DNA of 64,000 nucleotides from an uncultured delta proteobacterium (GCA_963767925.1 CAVYGB010000002.1:800001-864000); one strand, 5' to 3'; positions 41,290-51,537 are shown, numbered from the stretch's first letter. Notes: generated by a model from the letters alone, not told the origin. Numbers and translations are program-made.

Positions 41290-42177
41290 TCAGATGGGCT
41301 CTCGGATGGGCTCCAGGATCTCTTGGCGGCCCCGGCCAGACGCCGCCGGCGGCCGGCTGCCGAGCTCGCGCAGCCGCGCCTCCAGCACCCGGACCTTGAA
41401 GACGAGCTGCTGGTCGTCCAGCCGCTCGCGCAAGCTGGCGAGCTGCCCCGAGGACAGCTCCTCCGGGCCCCGGGCCACGTCGAGCAGCACCCGCTCGAGG
41501 TCCTCCAGCACGGAGGCCAGGGCGAGCTGCCCCTGCCGGGCGGCGGTGAGCCGGTACAGGCGGTTGTCGTCGAGCAGGCTGGCGGCCCGCGCCTTGTCGT
41601 CGAGCATGTCGACGTCGTCGCCCGGCTCCGCCGGAGCGGCGGGGGCCAGCGCCGCGGCGGTCGGCTCGGCCCGGTTCAGGATCTCGAGGAGGATCCGGCC
41701 GGACTGGGCCAGGTGGTCGCTGAGCGCAGCGGCCAGGATCCGCTCGCCGGCTGCCCCGGGTGGGGTCGCGCCGTCCACCATCACCACCGGCGGACGCGAC
41801 GAGCGCCCGGCAAAGAACGCGCCCACCAGCAGGACGCCCAGGGCCCCGGCCAGCGCCAGCCGCCGGGGCGCCAGCAGCCCCCGCAGCGCCGCCCCCGCCC
41901 CCCGCCACCCGCTCCGCCAGGCGCCCGGCCGGGTGGCCAGGGCCGGCTCGACCGCCGCCAGCTTGTCCCACACCCGCTCGCCGTAGCCGGCGTCCCGCTC
42001 CGGCACCGGCCAGGCGTCGACAAGGGCGAGGGCCGCCTTCAACCGCTCGAGCTCGACCCGGCAGGCGGGGCAGGCGTCGAGGTGCTGGCGGGTGCTGGCG
42101 GCGTCGGCGTCGTCGCCGTAGTAGTGCCAGACCAGGGTCTCCTCCCCGAGGTGCCCGCTGCTCACGCCTTGGCTCAT
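41290..42177 (-). CDS. Zinc-finger anti-sigma factor
   Basis: HLDACPAC; TM helix; ATGA overlap with the sigma gene. Confidence 0.8.
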   Translation of the reverse strand: MSQGVSSGHLGEETLVWHYYGDDADAASTRQHLDACPACRVELERLKAALALVDAWPVPERDAGYGERVWDKLAAVEPALATRPGAWRSGWRGAGAALRGLLAPRRLALAGALGVLLVGAFFAGRSSRPPVVMVDGATPPGAAGERILAAALSDHLAQSGRILLEILNRAEPTAAALAPAAPAEPGDDVDMLDDKARAASLLDDNRLYRLTAARQGQLALASVLEDLERVLLDVARGPEELSSGQLASLRERLDDQQLVFKVRVLEARLRELGSRPPAASGRGRQEILEPIREPI

Positions 42178-42752
42178 TTGGCCGCCCCTTCCATCTCCTG
42201 CAGCGCCCGCCGCAGCTTCTGCACCGCCCGGAACACCGCCTGCTTGGCGGCAGTCGCCGAGGTCTGCAAGACCGCGCTGATCTCCTCGATGCCCCGGCCC
42301 TCGAAGTGGCGCAGGGTGAAGGCCACCCGCTCCTGTGCGCTCAGCGCGTCGAGGGCGGCGTCGATGGTCCGCTGCATCTGGCCGTTCATGGCCGTCCGCT
42401 CCGGGCCCGGCGCGGGCGAGGTGGCCGCCGCCTCCGCGCGGGCGCTGCTCGTCTCCTCCGCGCGCCCGGGGGCCTCCGCCTGCCGGCGGCGGTTGAGGTC
42501 GATCGCGCAGTTGGTGGCGATGCGGTAGAGCCAGCTCCCCACCACCGCCCGCTCCTCGAAGCGATCCAGGTTCCGGTAAGCCCGCAAGAAGGTCTCCTGC
42601 ACGATGTCCTCCGCATCCGCCTCGCTGCCCGTGAGGCGAAAGGCCAGGCGGAACACCCGCCGGCTGTGGCGTTCGACCAGCAGCCGGAAGGCGTCCCCGT
42701 CGCCGGTACGCGCCAGCGCGACCGCGGCAGCGTCGCCGATCTCCATGCCCAC
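42174..42752 (-). CDS. ECF RNA polymerase sigma factor
   Basis: DAEDIVQETFL and WLYRIATN. Confidence 0.93.
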   Translation of the reverse strand: MGMEIGDAAAVALARTGDGDAFRLLVERHSRRVFRLAFRLTGSEADAEDIVQETFLRAYRNLDRFEERAVVGSWLYRIATNCAIDLNRRRQAEAPGRAEETSSARAEAAATSPAPGPERTAMNGQMQRTIDAALDALSAQERVAFTLRHFEGRGIEEISAVLQTSATAAKQAVFRAVQKLRRALQEMEGAAK

Positions 42753-42754
42753 CG

Positions 42755-42781
42755 TTAGACGCCCACCTTGCCCCGCGGTTA
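42755..42781 (-). promoter_or_regulatory. Putative ECF-type autoregulatory promoter
   Basis: On the minus strand, TAACC-N15-CGTCTAA immediately before the sigma start. Confidence 0.5.
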
Positions 42782-42855
42782 GCGTCGAGAGGCGAGGAAA
42801 TCACTGACCCCCGCCCCCGCCGGACAGCGCAGCGCGCTCGGGGCCCCTTGCCCGG

Positions 42856-45582
42856 CTACGCCAGGGTGACGGGGGAGCTGGCTTCTTCGAAGCGGACGTG
42901 GAGGGGGGGATCGGAGGAGGCGGGGGGGGCGCGTTCCGGCGGGTGGGAGGCCTCGCTGATGGTCGGGAGGCGCAGGCGGAAGATCGTCTCCACCTGGGGG
43001 ATCGAGCTGACCTCGACCGAGCCGCCGATGCGGGCCACCACGGTCTGCACGATGGCCAGGCCCAGGCCCCGGCCGCTGCCGGTCTTGGTCGTGTAAAACG
43101 GGGAGAAGATGCGCGACACGCTGTCGGCGCGGATGCCGGGGCCGTCGTCGCTGACCTCGAGCACCACCTCCTGATCGGCGGCCCGGGTCCGCACCCAGAC
43201 CTTCCCGCGCGGCCCCACCGCCTCGAGCGCGTTCTGCACCAGGCTCTGGATCACCTGGCTCAGCTCCTCGGGGATGGCCCGCACGGCCAGGCCGCCCGCC
43301 CGCAGGTCGAGGCGCACGGGGGTCTCCACCTCGGTGGCGGGCGCCACCAGCCCGGTCACCTCGGCCACCGCCCGGTCGAAGGTCACGTCGGCCGGCTCGG
43401 TGGGGAAGCCCACCCGGGCGTAGTGGCGCAGCAACTCGACCACCTTCTCGATGCGTACCACGCCCCGCCCGGCGCTCTCCACCATCCGGTCGATGCGGTG
43501 GCGGGCCCGGTCGATCACCGCCCCCCGCTGGGGATCGATCCCCACCGGCAGGGCCTCGAGCAGCTTCTCCAGGTTCTCGGAGATGACGAGGTTGGCGTTC
43601 TTGATGAAGTTGAGGGGGTTGTAGATCTCGTGGGCCAGACCGGCGCTGATGGTCTCCAGCCCCTCGGCGTGGGCCCGCATGACGTCCTGGATGTGGCGCC
43701 CCTGCTTCGACAGGATCTGGCGCATCACCGCCTCCAGCTCGCGCGGGCTGAAGGGCTTACCGAGGTAGACGTCGGCCCCCGCCTCGCGGGCCAGCAGCCG
43801 ATCGGCGATCTGGCTGCGGGCGCTGAGCATGATCACCGGGATCTCGGCGAGCTGAGGGTCGGCGCGCAGGCGCCTGACCATGGTGACCCCGTCCATCTCC
43901 GGCATCATGTAGTCGGTGACGATGACGTCGGGGCGCTCGCGCTGGGCCAGCTCCAGCCCCTGGCGCCCGTCGACGGCGGCGAAGATGCGGTAGCGGTCGC
44001 GCAGCTGCAGGTTGATGAGCTCGAGGATCTCGACGTTGTCCTCGACGACCAGGATGCGGGCCCCGTTGACCGGGGGGTCGTCGCCCCGGCTCACCAGCCG
44101 CCGGTCGGTGACCTGCTCGATCTCGGCGAAGCGGTAGTCGAGCTGCCGCTGCAGCTTCTGGGCCCACTCCCGCGGCTCGCCGTCGTCCTGGCGCTTGAGG
44201 CGGGCGGCGGGCGCCTCCGGCCCCCGCAGGCGGCGCTCGCGGGCCTCGGGCGGTAAATTGTCGCCCTCGGGCAGGTGGACCACGAAGCGGCTGCCCCGCC
44301 CGGGCTTGCTGCTCACCGTGACCCGCCCCCCGTGCAGCTCGACGATTTCCTTGGCGTAGGCCAGGCCGATGCCGGTGCCCCCGTAGCGGCGGGTGATGGA
44401 GGTGTCCTCCTGGCTGAACCGCTCGAAGGTGCGCTCGACGTATTCGGCGGGGATGCCGATGCCCGAGTCCTGGACGGCGATGCGCACCTCCGCCCCGACC
44501 ACCTCCATCGTGAGCGACACCCCCCCGGTCTCGGTGAACTTGAGGGCGTTCGACAGCAGGTTGACGATCACCCGCTCCAGCTTCTCGACGTCGACGTGCA
44601 GGTTGGCCGAGGCCCCCTTGATGTCGAGGTCGAGGCTGAGGTTCTTGCGGGCGGCCAGCGGGCGAGCGTAGTCCAGCACGTCCTCGAGCATCTGCCGCAG
44701 GTCGGTGCGCTCGGGCCGCAGCCGCAGGAACCCCTCCTCCAGCTTGGCCAGGTCGAGCAGATCGTTGATCAGCTTCAGCAGGCGGATGCCGTTGCGCCGG
44801 TTGGCCTCCAGGTACGAGCGCTGGGTCGAGGTGAGGGCCCCGCAGTCACCGGAGAGGATGTTCTCGACCGGCGCCAGGATCATCGTGATGGGGGTGCGCA
44901 GCTCGTGGGTGATGTTGGAGAAGAACTGCGACTTGAGGCGGTCGAGGTGCTTGAGCTGCTGGTGGGCGTCCTCCAGCCCCTGTTTTGTCTCCTCGATGGT
45001 GATCTGGCTGCGCACCTGCTCGCGCGCCCCGTGGAACATGACGATCTGCCCCACGCTGGCGATGAGGGCGGTCGAGATCAGGAAGAACAGGTTGGAGACC
45101 GCGGTGAGGCTGATGCCCTCCCCGTGCAGCAGCAGATTGGGCAGCAGGAAGCTGGCCACGATGCTGGCGTGGGTGGCCAGCACCAGCCGCGGCTTCCAGG
45201 CGAACAGCAGGCCGGTAGCCACGATGGCCAGGGTGAGCCCGGCGTAATAGGGCGAGGCCAGCCCCCCGAGAAACAGGGTCATCACGCTGACCCCCAGGGC
45301 GCACACCAGCATGTAGCCGGCCGAGAGGAGGTCCCCCCGGCGGGCGTAGAGCGGGTGGCCCACCAGGGCGAACATGATCAAGGTGGCCAGGGTGACGAGG
45401 GCCCGGGTGCCCCAGAGCACCGGCCAGGCCGAGCGGGGGGCCAGCAGGTAGTCCAGCACGCCGAAGGCGGGGTAGAGCGACAGCACGATCCAGAGCAACG
45501 TGCGGGTGCCCCGCTGGTTGTGGGTGAGCAGCCACTGCCGCCAGCGCTCCCGGAAGTTCTCGGTCTCGGGTCCGGCCGTCAT
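42856..45582 (-). CDS. Hybrid kinase: multi-TM sensor, HK, REC and second HK
   Basis: THELRTP..GGTGIGL; REC domain ILVVEDN..DYMMP..KPF; AHEIYNPL..GRGLGL. Confidence 0.92.
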   Translation of the reverse strand: MTAGPETENFRERWRQWLLTHNQRGTRTLLWIVLSLYPAFGVLDYLLAPRSAWPVLWGTRALVTLATLIMFALVGHPLYARRGDLLSAGYMLVCALGVSVMTLFLGGLASPYYAGLTLAIVATGLLFAWKPRLVLATHASIVASFLLPNLLLHGEGISLTAVSNLFFLISTALIASVGQIVMFHGAREQVRSQITIEETKQGLEDAHQQLKHLDRLKSQFFSNITHELRTPITMILAPVENILSGDCGALTSTQRSYLEANRRNGIRLLKLINDLLDLAKLEEGFLRLRPERTDLRQMLEDVLDYARPLAARKNLSLDLDIKGASANLHVDVEKLERVIVNLLSNALKFTETGGVSLTMEVVGAEVRIAVQDSGIGIPAEYVERTFERFSQEDTSITRRYGGTGIGLAYAKEIVELHGGRVTVSSKPGRGSRFVVHLPEGDNLPPEARERRLRGPEAPAARLKRQDDGEPREWAQKLQRQLDYRFAEIEQVTDRRLVSRGDDPPVNGARILVVEDNVEILELINLQLRDRYRIFAAVDGRQGLELAQRERPDVIVTDYMMPEMDGVTMVRRLRADPQLAEIPVIMLSARSQIADRLLAREAGADVYLGKPFSPRELEAVMRQILSKQGRHIQDVMRAHAEGLETISAGLAHEIYNPLNFIKNANLVISENLEKLLEALPVGIDPQRGAVIDRARHRIDRMVESAGRGVVRIEKVVELLRHYARVGFPTEPADVTFDRAVAEVTGLVAPATEVETPVRLDLRAGGLAVRAIPEELSQVIQSLVQNALEAVGPRGKVWVRTRAADQEVVLEVSDDGPGIRADSVSRIFSPFYTTKTGSGRGLGLAIVQTVVARIGGSVEVSSIPQVETIFRLRLPTISEASHPPERAPPASSDPPLHVRFEEASSPVTLA

Positions 45583-47150
45583 GCGTCCCTGGTGATGCAA
45601 ACGAACGGATTGGTCCCGGTTTCTTCCTCGAGGATCGTGCAGCGCGAGCGGCTGCCCTCCATCCGGGCGAAATCGAGCATCTCCTCGTGGGTGCGATAGG
45701 TGAGGTGCCAGTCGAGGTGGAACTCCATGAACCAGCGCCCGGGATTCCAGGGGACCATGTTGCCGATCAACATGGTGCCGCCCTCGACAAGCGACTGCTC
45801 CAGGTTGGCGCACAGGCGCGAGGCGGTGGTGAAGTTGAGGTAGTCGAACAACCCACAGGCGAAGATGAAGTCGAAGGGGCCACAGTCGTCGAAGATCTCC
45901 GGCTCGCGCAGCAGCCGTTTGATGGTGTCGTAGCGGTAGAAGATCTTCACCTGCTGGGGCCAGCGCGAGGCCACCACCCGGTTGAGGCGTCCGTAGGCGT
46001 AGTCGAGGGCCTGCCTCTCCTGGTCGAACAGCACGACGTGCAGCCGCCCGCCGAGGTCGTGGGCCTCCGAGAGCAGCTCGTAGACCTCCTGGGCGGGGCC
46101 CGCCGCCACCGAGAGGACCCGGAAGGGGGGGCCGGCCCCGTGTTCGGCCAGGCGCTCGGCGATCTGCCGGCGCACGACGTTCTTGCGCGCGCGCACCGCC
46201 CGGGCCGGCGCGGTCTCGAGGAAGGCCAGGCTCAGCGCCTTGGCGAACAGGGTGGGCCCGGCGAACGAGTCCTCGTAGACGTGGCGCATGACCCGGAAGT
46301 CCCCCGGGTAGCCGAGCGGCTTGTGCAGGGCCCGGTGCATCCAGGGCGACTGCATGAGCAGCTCCTGGATCTGGCGCTGGGAGAACTCCTTGAGGGCCTG
46401 GAGGTCGGCGGGGGGGACGCCCCGGATGGCGGCGTCGATCTGCTCGGAGTAGCGGACGATGGGGACCACCAGCTCGCGGCGCAGGCTCTCGATGAGGGCG
46501 GTGCGGGCGGGCGACTTCATCTCGCCGTGCAGGACGTGGAAGGGCAGGTGGGTCTCCAGGCTGGTGAGCTGCTTCTCGGCGTCGAGCAGGAACAGGCGCA
46601 GCTCGGAGACCAGCGACTTGAAGCGTTCGTAGCCGGAGACGAACCAGGGCCGGGCGGTGAGGCTCACCCGGGGGGCCTCGTCGCGGGCCCAGGCCTTTAT
46701 GTCGCGCAGGACGAGCACGTCCTCGATGCTCACCGGCGCGTCGGTGAGAGCGACACCGACAAGTCGCCCCTGATCGGCGTCGCGCACGGAGATGACCCGG
46801 GCGTCGCCCCGGTAGGCCTCGTGGCCGCCCAGCTCGACGACGATGCGGTCGATGCGGCTGCCGGCCTCGAACGTCAGCTCGGGCGGGCAGCGGAAGGCGA
46901 GCCCGTTCTGGGAGATGTCGATCAGGGCGCAGGCGTGGCTCACGCCCCGGTCGGTGACCCGGGCGACCGGCTCGTCGAGCCCCAGCTCGGCGGCCCGGTA
47001 GCGATCGGGACGAAAAAAGATCTCGCGCCCCTGCCCGCCCTCGCGCTCCTCGTAGCCCACCGGCGCAGCGACGGGCGGGGCGGGGGCGTCGCGGCTCACC
47101 GCCTTGCCGAGCGTCGTCACTTCCGCCTCCACCGACCGCGTGACCCGCAT
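45579..47150 (-). CDS. PilZ-like domain plus PhcB-like SAM-dependent methyltransferase
   Basis: RPDRY...DISQNGL (PilZ-like); KPLGYPGDF, SVAAGPAQE and GLFDYL; start codon uncertain. Confidence 0.75.
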   Translation of the reverse strand: MRVTRSVEAEVTTLGKAVSRDAPAPPVAAPVGYEEREGGQGREIFFRPDRYRAAELGLDEPVARVTDRGVSHACALIDISQNGLAFRCPPELTFEAGSRIDRIVVELGGHEAYRGDARVISVRDADQGRLVGVALTDAPVSIEDVLVLRDIKAWARDEAPRVSLTARPWFVSGYERFKSLVSELRLFLLDAEKQLTSLETHLPFHVLHGEMKSPARTALIESLRRELVVPIVRYSEQIDAAIRGVPPADLQALKEFSQRQIQELLMQSPWMHRALHKPLGYPGDFRVMRHVYEDSFAGPTLFAKALSLAFLETAPARAVRARKNVVRRQIAERLAEHGAGPPFRVLSVAAGPAQEVYELLSEAHDLGGRLHVVLFDQERQALDYAYGRLNRVVASRWPQQVKIFYRYDTIKRLLREPEIFDDCGPFDFIFACGLFDYLNFTTASRLCANLEQSLVEGGTMLIGNMVPWNPGRWFMEFHLDWHLTYRTHEEMLDFARMEGSRSRCTILEEETGTNPFVCITRDA

Positions 47151-47298
47151 CGACCGGCGGCTCTGCGACCCACGTGCCAGCGACCTCACGGCGCAGGCGC
47201 CCGCCAACCTGCGATCGGGGGTGTGACTGCCGGGTGACCGCCAGGTGCCAGCAGGGTGCCCGGACCCCAGGGCTGTGGTGTGGCTGCCCGACGTCGGG

Positions 47299-48228
47299 TC
47301 AGGCCCCGTTGCCGGACTTCTCCGGCGGAACGGGATCGCGGCTGGTCCCTTCGGGATCGCCGCGCACGACCTGCACCAGAACGCAGGTGATGTTGTCGTC
47401 GCCGCCGCGCTCGTTGGCCATCTCGACCAGGGTGGGGCCCACCTCCTCGGTGGGGCGGCCGCCCAGCACCTCGGCGATCTCGTCCTCGCCGAGATAGTTC
47501 GACAGCCCGTCCGAGCAGAGCAGCAGGCGATCGTCGGGCTCGACCGCCAGGGTGAAGAGATCTGGTTCGACGGTCGGTTCGAAACCGACCGAGCGCGTGA
47601 TGATGTTGCGGAAGCGCGACACCATCGCGTCCTCCGGCTCGATCAGCCCGGCCCGGATCTGCTCCTGGATCCAGGAGTGATCCTCGGTGAGCTGGCGGAC
47701 CCGCCCGCCCCGGAAGAGGTAAGCGCGCGAATCGCCGACGTGGCAGATGCTGACCTCGCCGCTGTGAAAAAACGCGGCCGTCAGGGTCGTGCCCATCCCC
47801 GATCGCTCGGGCTGGCCCTGGGCTTCGCTGTAGATGGCGATGGCCGCTTTGCGCACGGCCTCCCGCATCGCCATCGCCGCCGGGTGGACGCCGCCGCCCG
47901 GGCGCGTGTCGGCCTGCTTCTGCAGGGGGTCGGTCAGGGGGTGGGGATCCCACTCCGGGTTGACCGCGGCCCCCCCGGGGCCGCCGCCCGGCGGGAGCGG
48001 CAGGCGGGCGGGGGCCGCGCTCTGATCGACGCGCAGGCCGGGGGCCCTGGTCTCGATCTCCCGCTCGAGGATCTCCACAGCCAGGCGGCTGGCCCGCTCA
48101 CCGCCGAGGTGGCCGCCCATGCCGTCGGCCACGGCGTACAGCTCGAGCGCGGGATTGCAGAGGTAGCTGTCCTCGTTGTGGTCGCGCTTGAGCCCGACGT
48201 CGGTCGTCGCCCAGGCCTGGGTCTTCAT
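47299..48228 (-). CDS. PP2C-type Ser/Thr phosphatase
   Basis: KRDHNED, VADGMGGH, GMGTT, HVGDSR, CSDGL and GGDDNIT. Confidence 0.95.
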   Translation of the reverse strand: MKTQAWATTDVGLKRDHNEDSYLCNPALELYAVADGMGGHLGGERASRLAVEILEREIETRAPGLRVDQSAAPARLPLPPGGGPGGAAVNPEWDPHPLTDPLQKQADTRPGGGVHPAAMAMREAVRKAAIAIYSEAQGQPERSGMGTTLTAAFFHSGEVSICHVGDSRAYLFRGGRVRQLTEDHSWIQEQIRAGLIEPEDAMVSRFRNIITRSVGFEPTVEPDLFTLAVEPDDRLLLCSDGLSNYLGEDEIAEVLGGRPTEEVGPTLVEMANERGGDDNITCVLVQVVRGDPEGTSRDPVPPEKSGNGA

Positions 48229-48259
48229 CGCCGAAGGGCCGCCTTTCTCACCACCGCGG

Positions 48260-50182
48260 TCACGGCTGGGGCGGGGCCTCGGGCCCGCCCCTCTCCCTCT
48301 TTGTCGTGCGGCTTTCAATGATGAAGTCTACCCTATTGCCGCCGGCCCCTGCCCCCACCGCCTTGAGACGCGACGCAGACACCGCCTTGCCCACCAGGAA
48401 GGCCTGGATGGCGTCGGCCCGGGCCTGGGTATGTGCGCTCGCCGTGCCATCGGCCCGGACCTCCATGCGCAAGACTCCAATCTCGCGGTGTCCCTTGAGC
48501 ACCAGGGCCACCAGGTTGAGCAGCGTCTGGGCCCCCGGAGTCAGCACCGGCTGAGCGGCGGGCCCGCTGAAGGTGATCCGCTCGCGCATATCGATCGTGT
48601 TCTCGGTGAGGCGCACGAGCTCTGCGCCCGGGTCGGGGCAGCCGTCGTCGTCGCGGTTGCCGTTGAGGGTCTCGGGCTGGGCCGGGCAGCGATCGGAGGC
48701 GTCGTCGAACCCGTCCCGGTCGTTGTCCGGATCGGCGCAGCCGTCGGTGTCGTCGACGCCGTCGGCGTCTTCGGCCTCGTTGGGGCACTCGTCGAAGTTG
48801 TCGGGGATCGAGTCGTTGTCGTTGTCGATGTCGGGGCAGCCGTCGTCGTCCTCGAACCCGTCCCGGTCCTCGGGCTCGTCGGCGCACTTGTCGGCGGCGT
48901 CGGAGATCCCGTCACCGTCGGCGTCTTCGCTCGAGGAGGGGCAGCCGTCACGGGGGCGCTTGCCCCGCCCGTCCTCGGCGGCGTTGGGGCAGGCGTCGTT
49001 GAGGTCGGCGATGCCGTCCGAGTCGTTGTCCCCCTCGGGGCAGCCGTCGCCGTCCTGGTAGGAATCGACGTCCTCGGCGTCGTTGGGGCACTGGTCCTGG
49101 GGGTCGAGCAGGCCGTCGCCGTCGTTGTCCAGCTCCGGGCAGCCGTCCTCGTCGCGGTGGCCGTCCCGGTCCTCGGGCGAGCCCGGGCAGCGGTCCTCGA
49201 AGTCGTAGACCCCGTCCCGATCGTTGTCGATGAAGCTCGGCGACCAGCCCAGGGCGAGGAAGGCCCGGAACTTGGGCGAGCCGATGCCCCGCACCAGCCC
49301 CAGCCCGCCCCCCAGAGTCAGGCTGACCAGCTTGGGCAGGGCCACCCGCATGCCGGCGTCCACCTCGACCGGGTTGGCGTCGACGTAGCGCTTGGCGAAG
49401 TCAGACAGGCCGCTGCGCCCGAGCACCTCGGCCAGCAGCGACACGCCCCGGTGCACCCGGTAGTCGACCGCCGCCGCGTACAGGAGCTGGTGGCCCACCT
49501 GGGCGGCGAAGTTGGCCGACGACTGCCGCATGAGCACGCCCACCATGGCCCCCGCCCGGGCCTGGCCCAGGCGCAGCTCGCTCAGCGCGCGCAGCCGGCC
49601 GGTCACGTTGCGGTCGCCGGTGAACTTGCGCTGGTTGCCGGTGGGCAAGGTGATGCCGGGAGCGATGGCGAAGGCCAGCTCCCGGCTGGGGCCGAGCTGG
49701 CCGAGCTTGTACTTCGCCTCAAGCCGCAGGTCACCGGGGCTGGCGCCCGAGAGGGTGTAGCCGCTGGCCACCCCCATCTCGGTGAAGTCCTGCCCGTCCT
49801 GGAAGACGGAGACCGGCAGGGCGAACCCGAGCTGCAGCCGGTCGGCGATGCCGATGGCCGCCGCCAGCTCGGTGGTGACCTGGTCGCGCACCACCTCGAC
49901 CGCGGCCTCCATCTGGTTTTCGCCCTGGACGGTGTAGAGCGTGAAGGGGTTGCGCTGGTAGCTGGTGCTGAGGGCCAGGGAGAACTGCAGGTGGCCCGGG
50001 ACCTCGGCGGCGTCGAGGGTGAAGTAGGGCTGCGGCCCGATGGCCGACTGCCAGAGCTGGACCTCGAACGAACGATCGGTGCGCGGCGCCTGGGCCGACA
50101 CAACGGCGGGCAGCGCGAGCGCGACCAGCAGCGAGCCGGCCAGCGCCCCCCACCTCTTATCCGAAGTCCGCCCGGGTGACAT
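48260..50182 (-). CDS. Outer membrane barrel with thrombospondin type-3 repeats and OmpA-like domain (TraB-like architecture)
   Basis: Signal peptide, beta strands, many DxDGDG..D.CP..EDxDG repeats and a degenerate OmpA C-terminus. Confidence 0.85.
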   Translation of the reverse strand: MSPGRTSDKRWGALAGSLLVALALPAVVSAQAPRTDRSFEVQLWQSAIGPQPYFTLDAAEVPGHLQFSLALSTSYQRNPFTLYTVQGENQMEAAVEVVRDQVTTELAAAIGIADRLQLGFALPVSVFQDGQDFTEMGVASGYTLSGASPGDLRLEAKYKLGQLGPSRELAFAIAPGITLPTGNQRKFTGDRNVTGRLRALSELRLGQARAGAMVGVLMRQSSANFAAQVGHQLLYAAAVDYRVHRGVSLLAEVLGRSGLSDFAKRYVDANPVEVDAGMRVALPKLVSLTLGGGLGLVRGIGSPKFRAFLALGWSPSFIDNDRDGVYDFEDRCPGSPEDRDGHRDEDGCPELDNDGDGLLDPQDQCPNDAEDVDSYQDGDGCPEGDNDSDGIADLNDACPNAAEDGRGKRPRDGCPSSSEDADGDGISDAADKCADEPEDRDGFEDDDGCPDIDNDNDSIPDNFDECPNEAEDADGVDDTDGCADPDNDRDGFDDASDRCPAQPETLNGNRDDDGCPDPGAELVRLTENTIDMRERITFSGPAAQPVLTPGAQTLLNLVALVLKGHREIGVLRMEVRADGTASAHTQARADAIQAFLVGKAVSASRLKAVGAGAGGNRVDFIIESRTTKRERGGPEAPPQP

Positions 50183-50249
50183 CGCGGTGCCCGGCGGAGG
50201 ATAAGACGCTTCGCCGTGACGTGTCTAGCTTGGCCCGTGGGTTTTCACG

Positions 50250-51011
50250 TCAGCGGGGCGGCTCGAAGGTGTACGTGTACGTGATCAGGCAATCGACCGC
50301 GTCGCCCTGCTTGGTCCGGCAGGGAGAAAATCGAAAACGCCACATCGCCTTGACGGCGGCGTCGTCGAAGCCATGCCCGGCCCTGCGCACCACCCGCACC
50401 GAGTGGATGGCGCCCTTGCGGTCGATCCCCACCCGCATCACCACGCGCCCGCCCAGGCCGAGCTGCAGGGCCTCCCGCGGATGGTCTACCTTCACCTCCT
50501 GCATCAGGCGGGCGAACTCGCCGATGTACAGCTCGGAGACGGGGGCGAAGGCGGGCGCCGCCTCTACGGGCGGCAGGGGCCGGGGGGGCTCGGGCGGGCC
50601 CGGCGTGCGGTCCTTCGTCATGAGGGTGTTGCCCACCGGCACCGCCACCGCGGCCTCGCCCTGCACGACCGAGTCGAGGGTGACCCCGAAGGTCGGGGGC
50701 GGGGGCGGCTCGTCGGGCGGCAGCGGCGGCGGCTCGGTGTTGGGCGGCGGCGGCGGCGCCTCGACAACCACCTTCGGCGGCGGCAGCGCCACCCGCCGGG
50801 GCGGCGGCGGCGGCGGGGGGGGCGGCTCGGGCTCGGGCGGCGGCGGCGGCGGCTCGGGCGGCGGGGGTGGCGGCAGCTCGCGGACCTCCAGGTCCACGAC
50901 GTCGGGCCGTCGCGGCGCCAGGTCCTGCGGCGGCAGCCGCGCCATCGCCGTCACGATGGTCGCGTGCGCGAACAGCGACGAGACGAGACCGAGGCCAAAG
51001 GAAGTGCGCAT
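50250..51011 (-). CDS. tonB: TonB family energy transducer
   Basis: SLFAH TM motif, Pro-rich linker and TonB_C domain (G.VVMRVGID..GFDDAA). Confidence 0.88.
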   Translation of the reverse strand: MRTSFGLGLVSSLFAHATIVTAMARLPPQDLAPRRPDVVDLEVRELPPPPPPEPPPPPPEPEPPPPPPPPPRRVALPPPKVVVEAPPPPPNTEPPPLPPDEPPPPPTFGVTLDSVVQGEAAVAVPVGNTLMTKDRTPGPPEPPRPLPPVEAAPAFAPVSELYIGEFARLMQEVKVDHPREALQLGLGGRVVMRVGIDRKGAIHSVRVVRRAGHGFDDAAVKAMWRFRFSPCRTKQGDAVDCLITYTYTFEPPR

Positions 51012-51045
51012 GGCCAGCCCGACGGGCGATCAACCAGCAACCCGG

Positions 51046-51534
51046 TCACATCTCGTTCGGCGCCCCACCACCGGCCGGTGGACCGCCCGGGCCGGGAGGC
51101 AGCACCGGCACCGCCGCCGGTGACTCGACGTTGATCGCGAACTTGCGCACGCCCGCCCGCTTGACGAGGTCGATGACCCGCACGACGCTGCCGTGGGGGA
51201 CCACCTTGTCGGCGGCGATGATGGCCTGCAGATCGGGGTTCTTGGGCAGCTCGCCGCCGATGTAGCGGGTGACCGCCCCCTCGTCGCTCTTCTCCCCGTT
51301 GAGATACAGGTCGCCGTCTTTCGAGAGGGTCAGGGCGAGGGTGGTCTTGGCCTGCTCGCTGCCGGAGGCGGCCTTCGGCAGGTCGATCTTGATGGTCGGG
51401 TTGACGATGTAGGTCGTGGTCACCATGAAGACGATGAGGAGCACGAGGGTGATGTCGACCAGCGGCGTGACGTTGATGTCGACGATCCGCCGATCGCTGT
51501 CGTCGTCCGAAAATGCGTCCGCGCCGCCCGACAT
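51046..51534 (-). CDS. exbD: ExbD/TolR biopolymer transport protein
   Basis: INVTPLVDITLVLLIVFMV. Confidence 0.93.
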   Translation of the reverse strand: MSGGADAFSDDDSDRRIVDINVTPLVDITLVLLIVFMVTTTYIVNPTIKIDLPKAASGSEQAKTTLALTLSKDGDLYLNGEKSDEGAVTRYIGGELPKNPDLQAIIAADKVVPHGSVVRVIDLVKRAGVRKFAINVESPAAVPVLPPGPGGPPAGGGAPNEM

Positions 51535-51537
51535 CGA

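Noticed and set aside
48640..49230. Repetitive DNA as a possible non-coding array
   Set aside because: Explained by coding thrombospondin type-3 repeats
48260..50182. TraAB kin-recognition locus
   Set aside because: The architecture is TraB-like but there is no adjacent traA (PA14/Cys-rich MYXO-CTERM) gene
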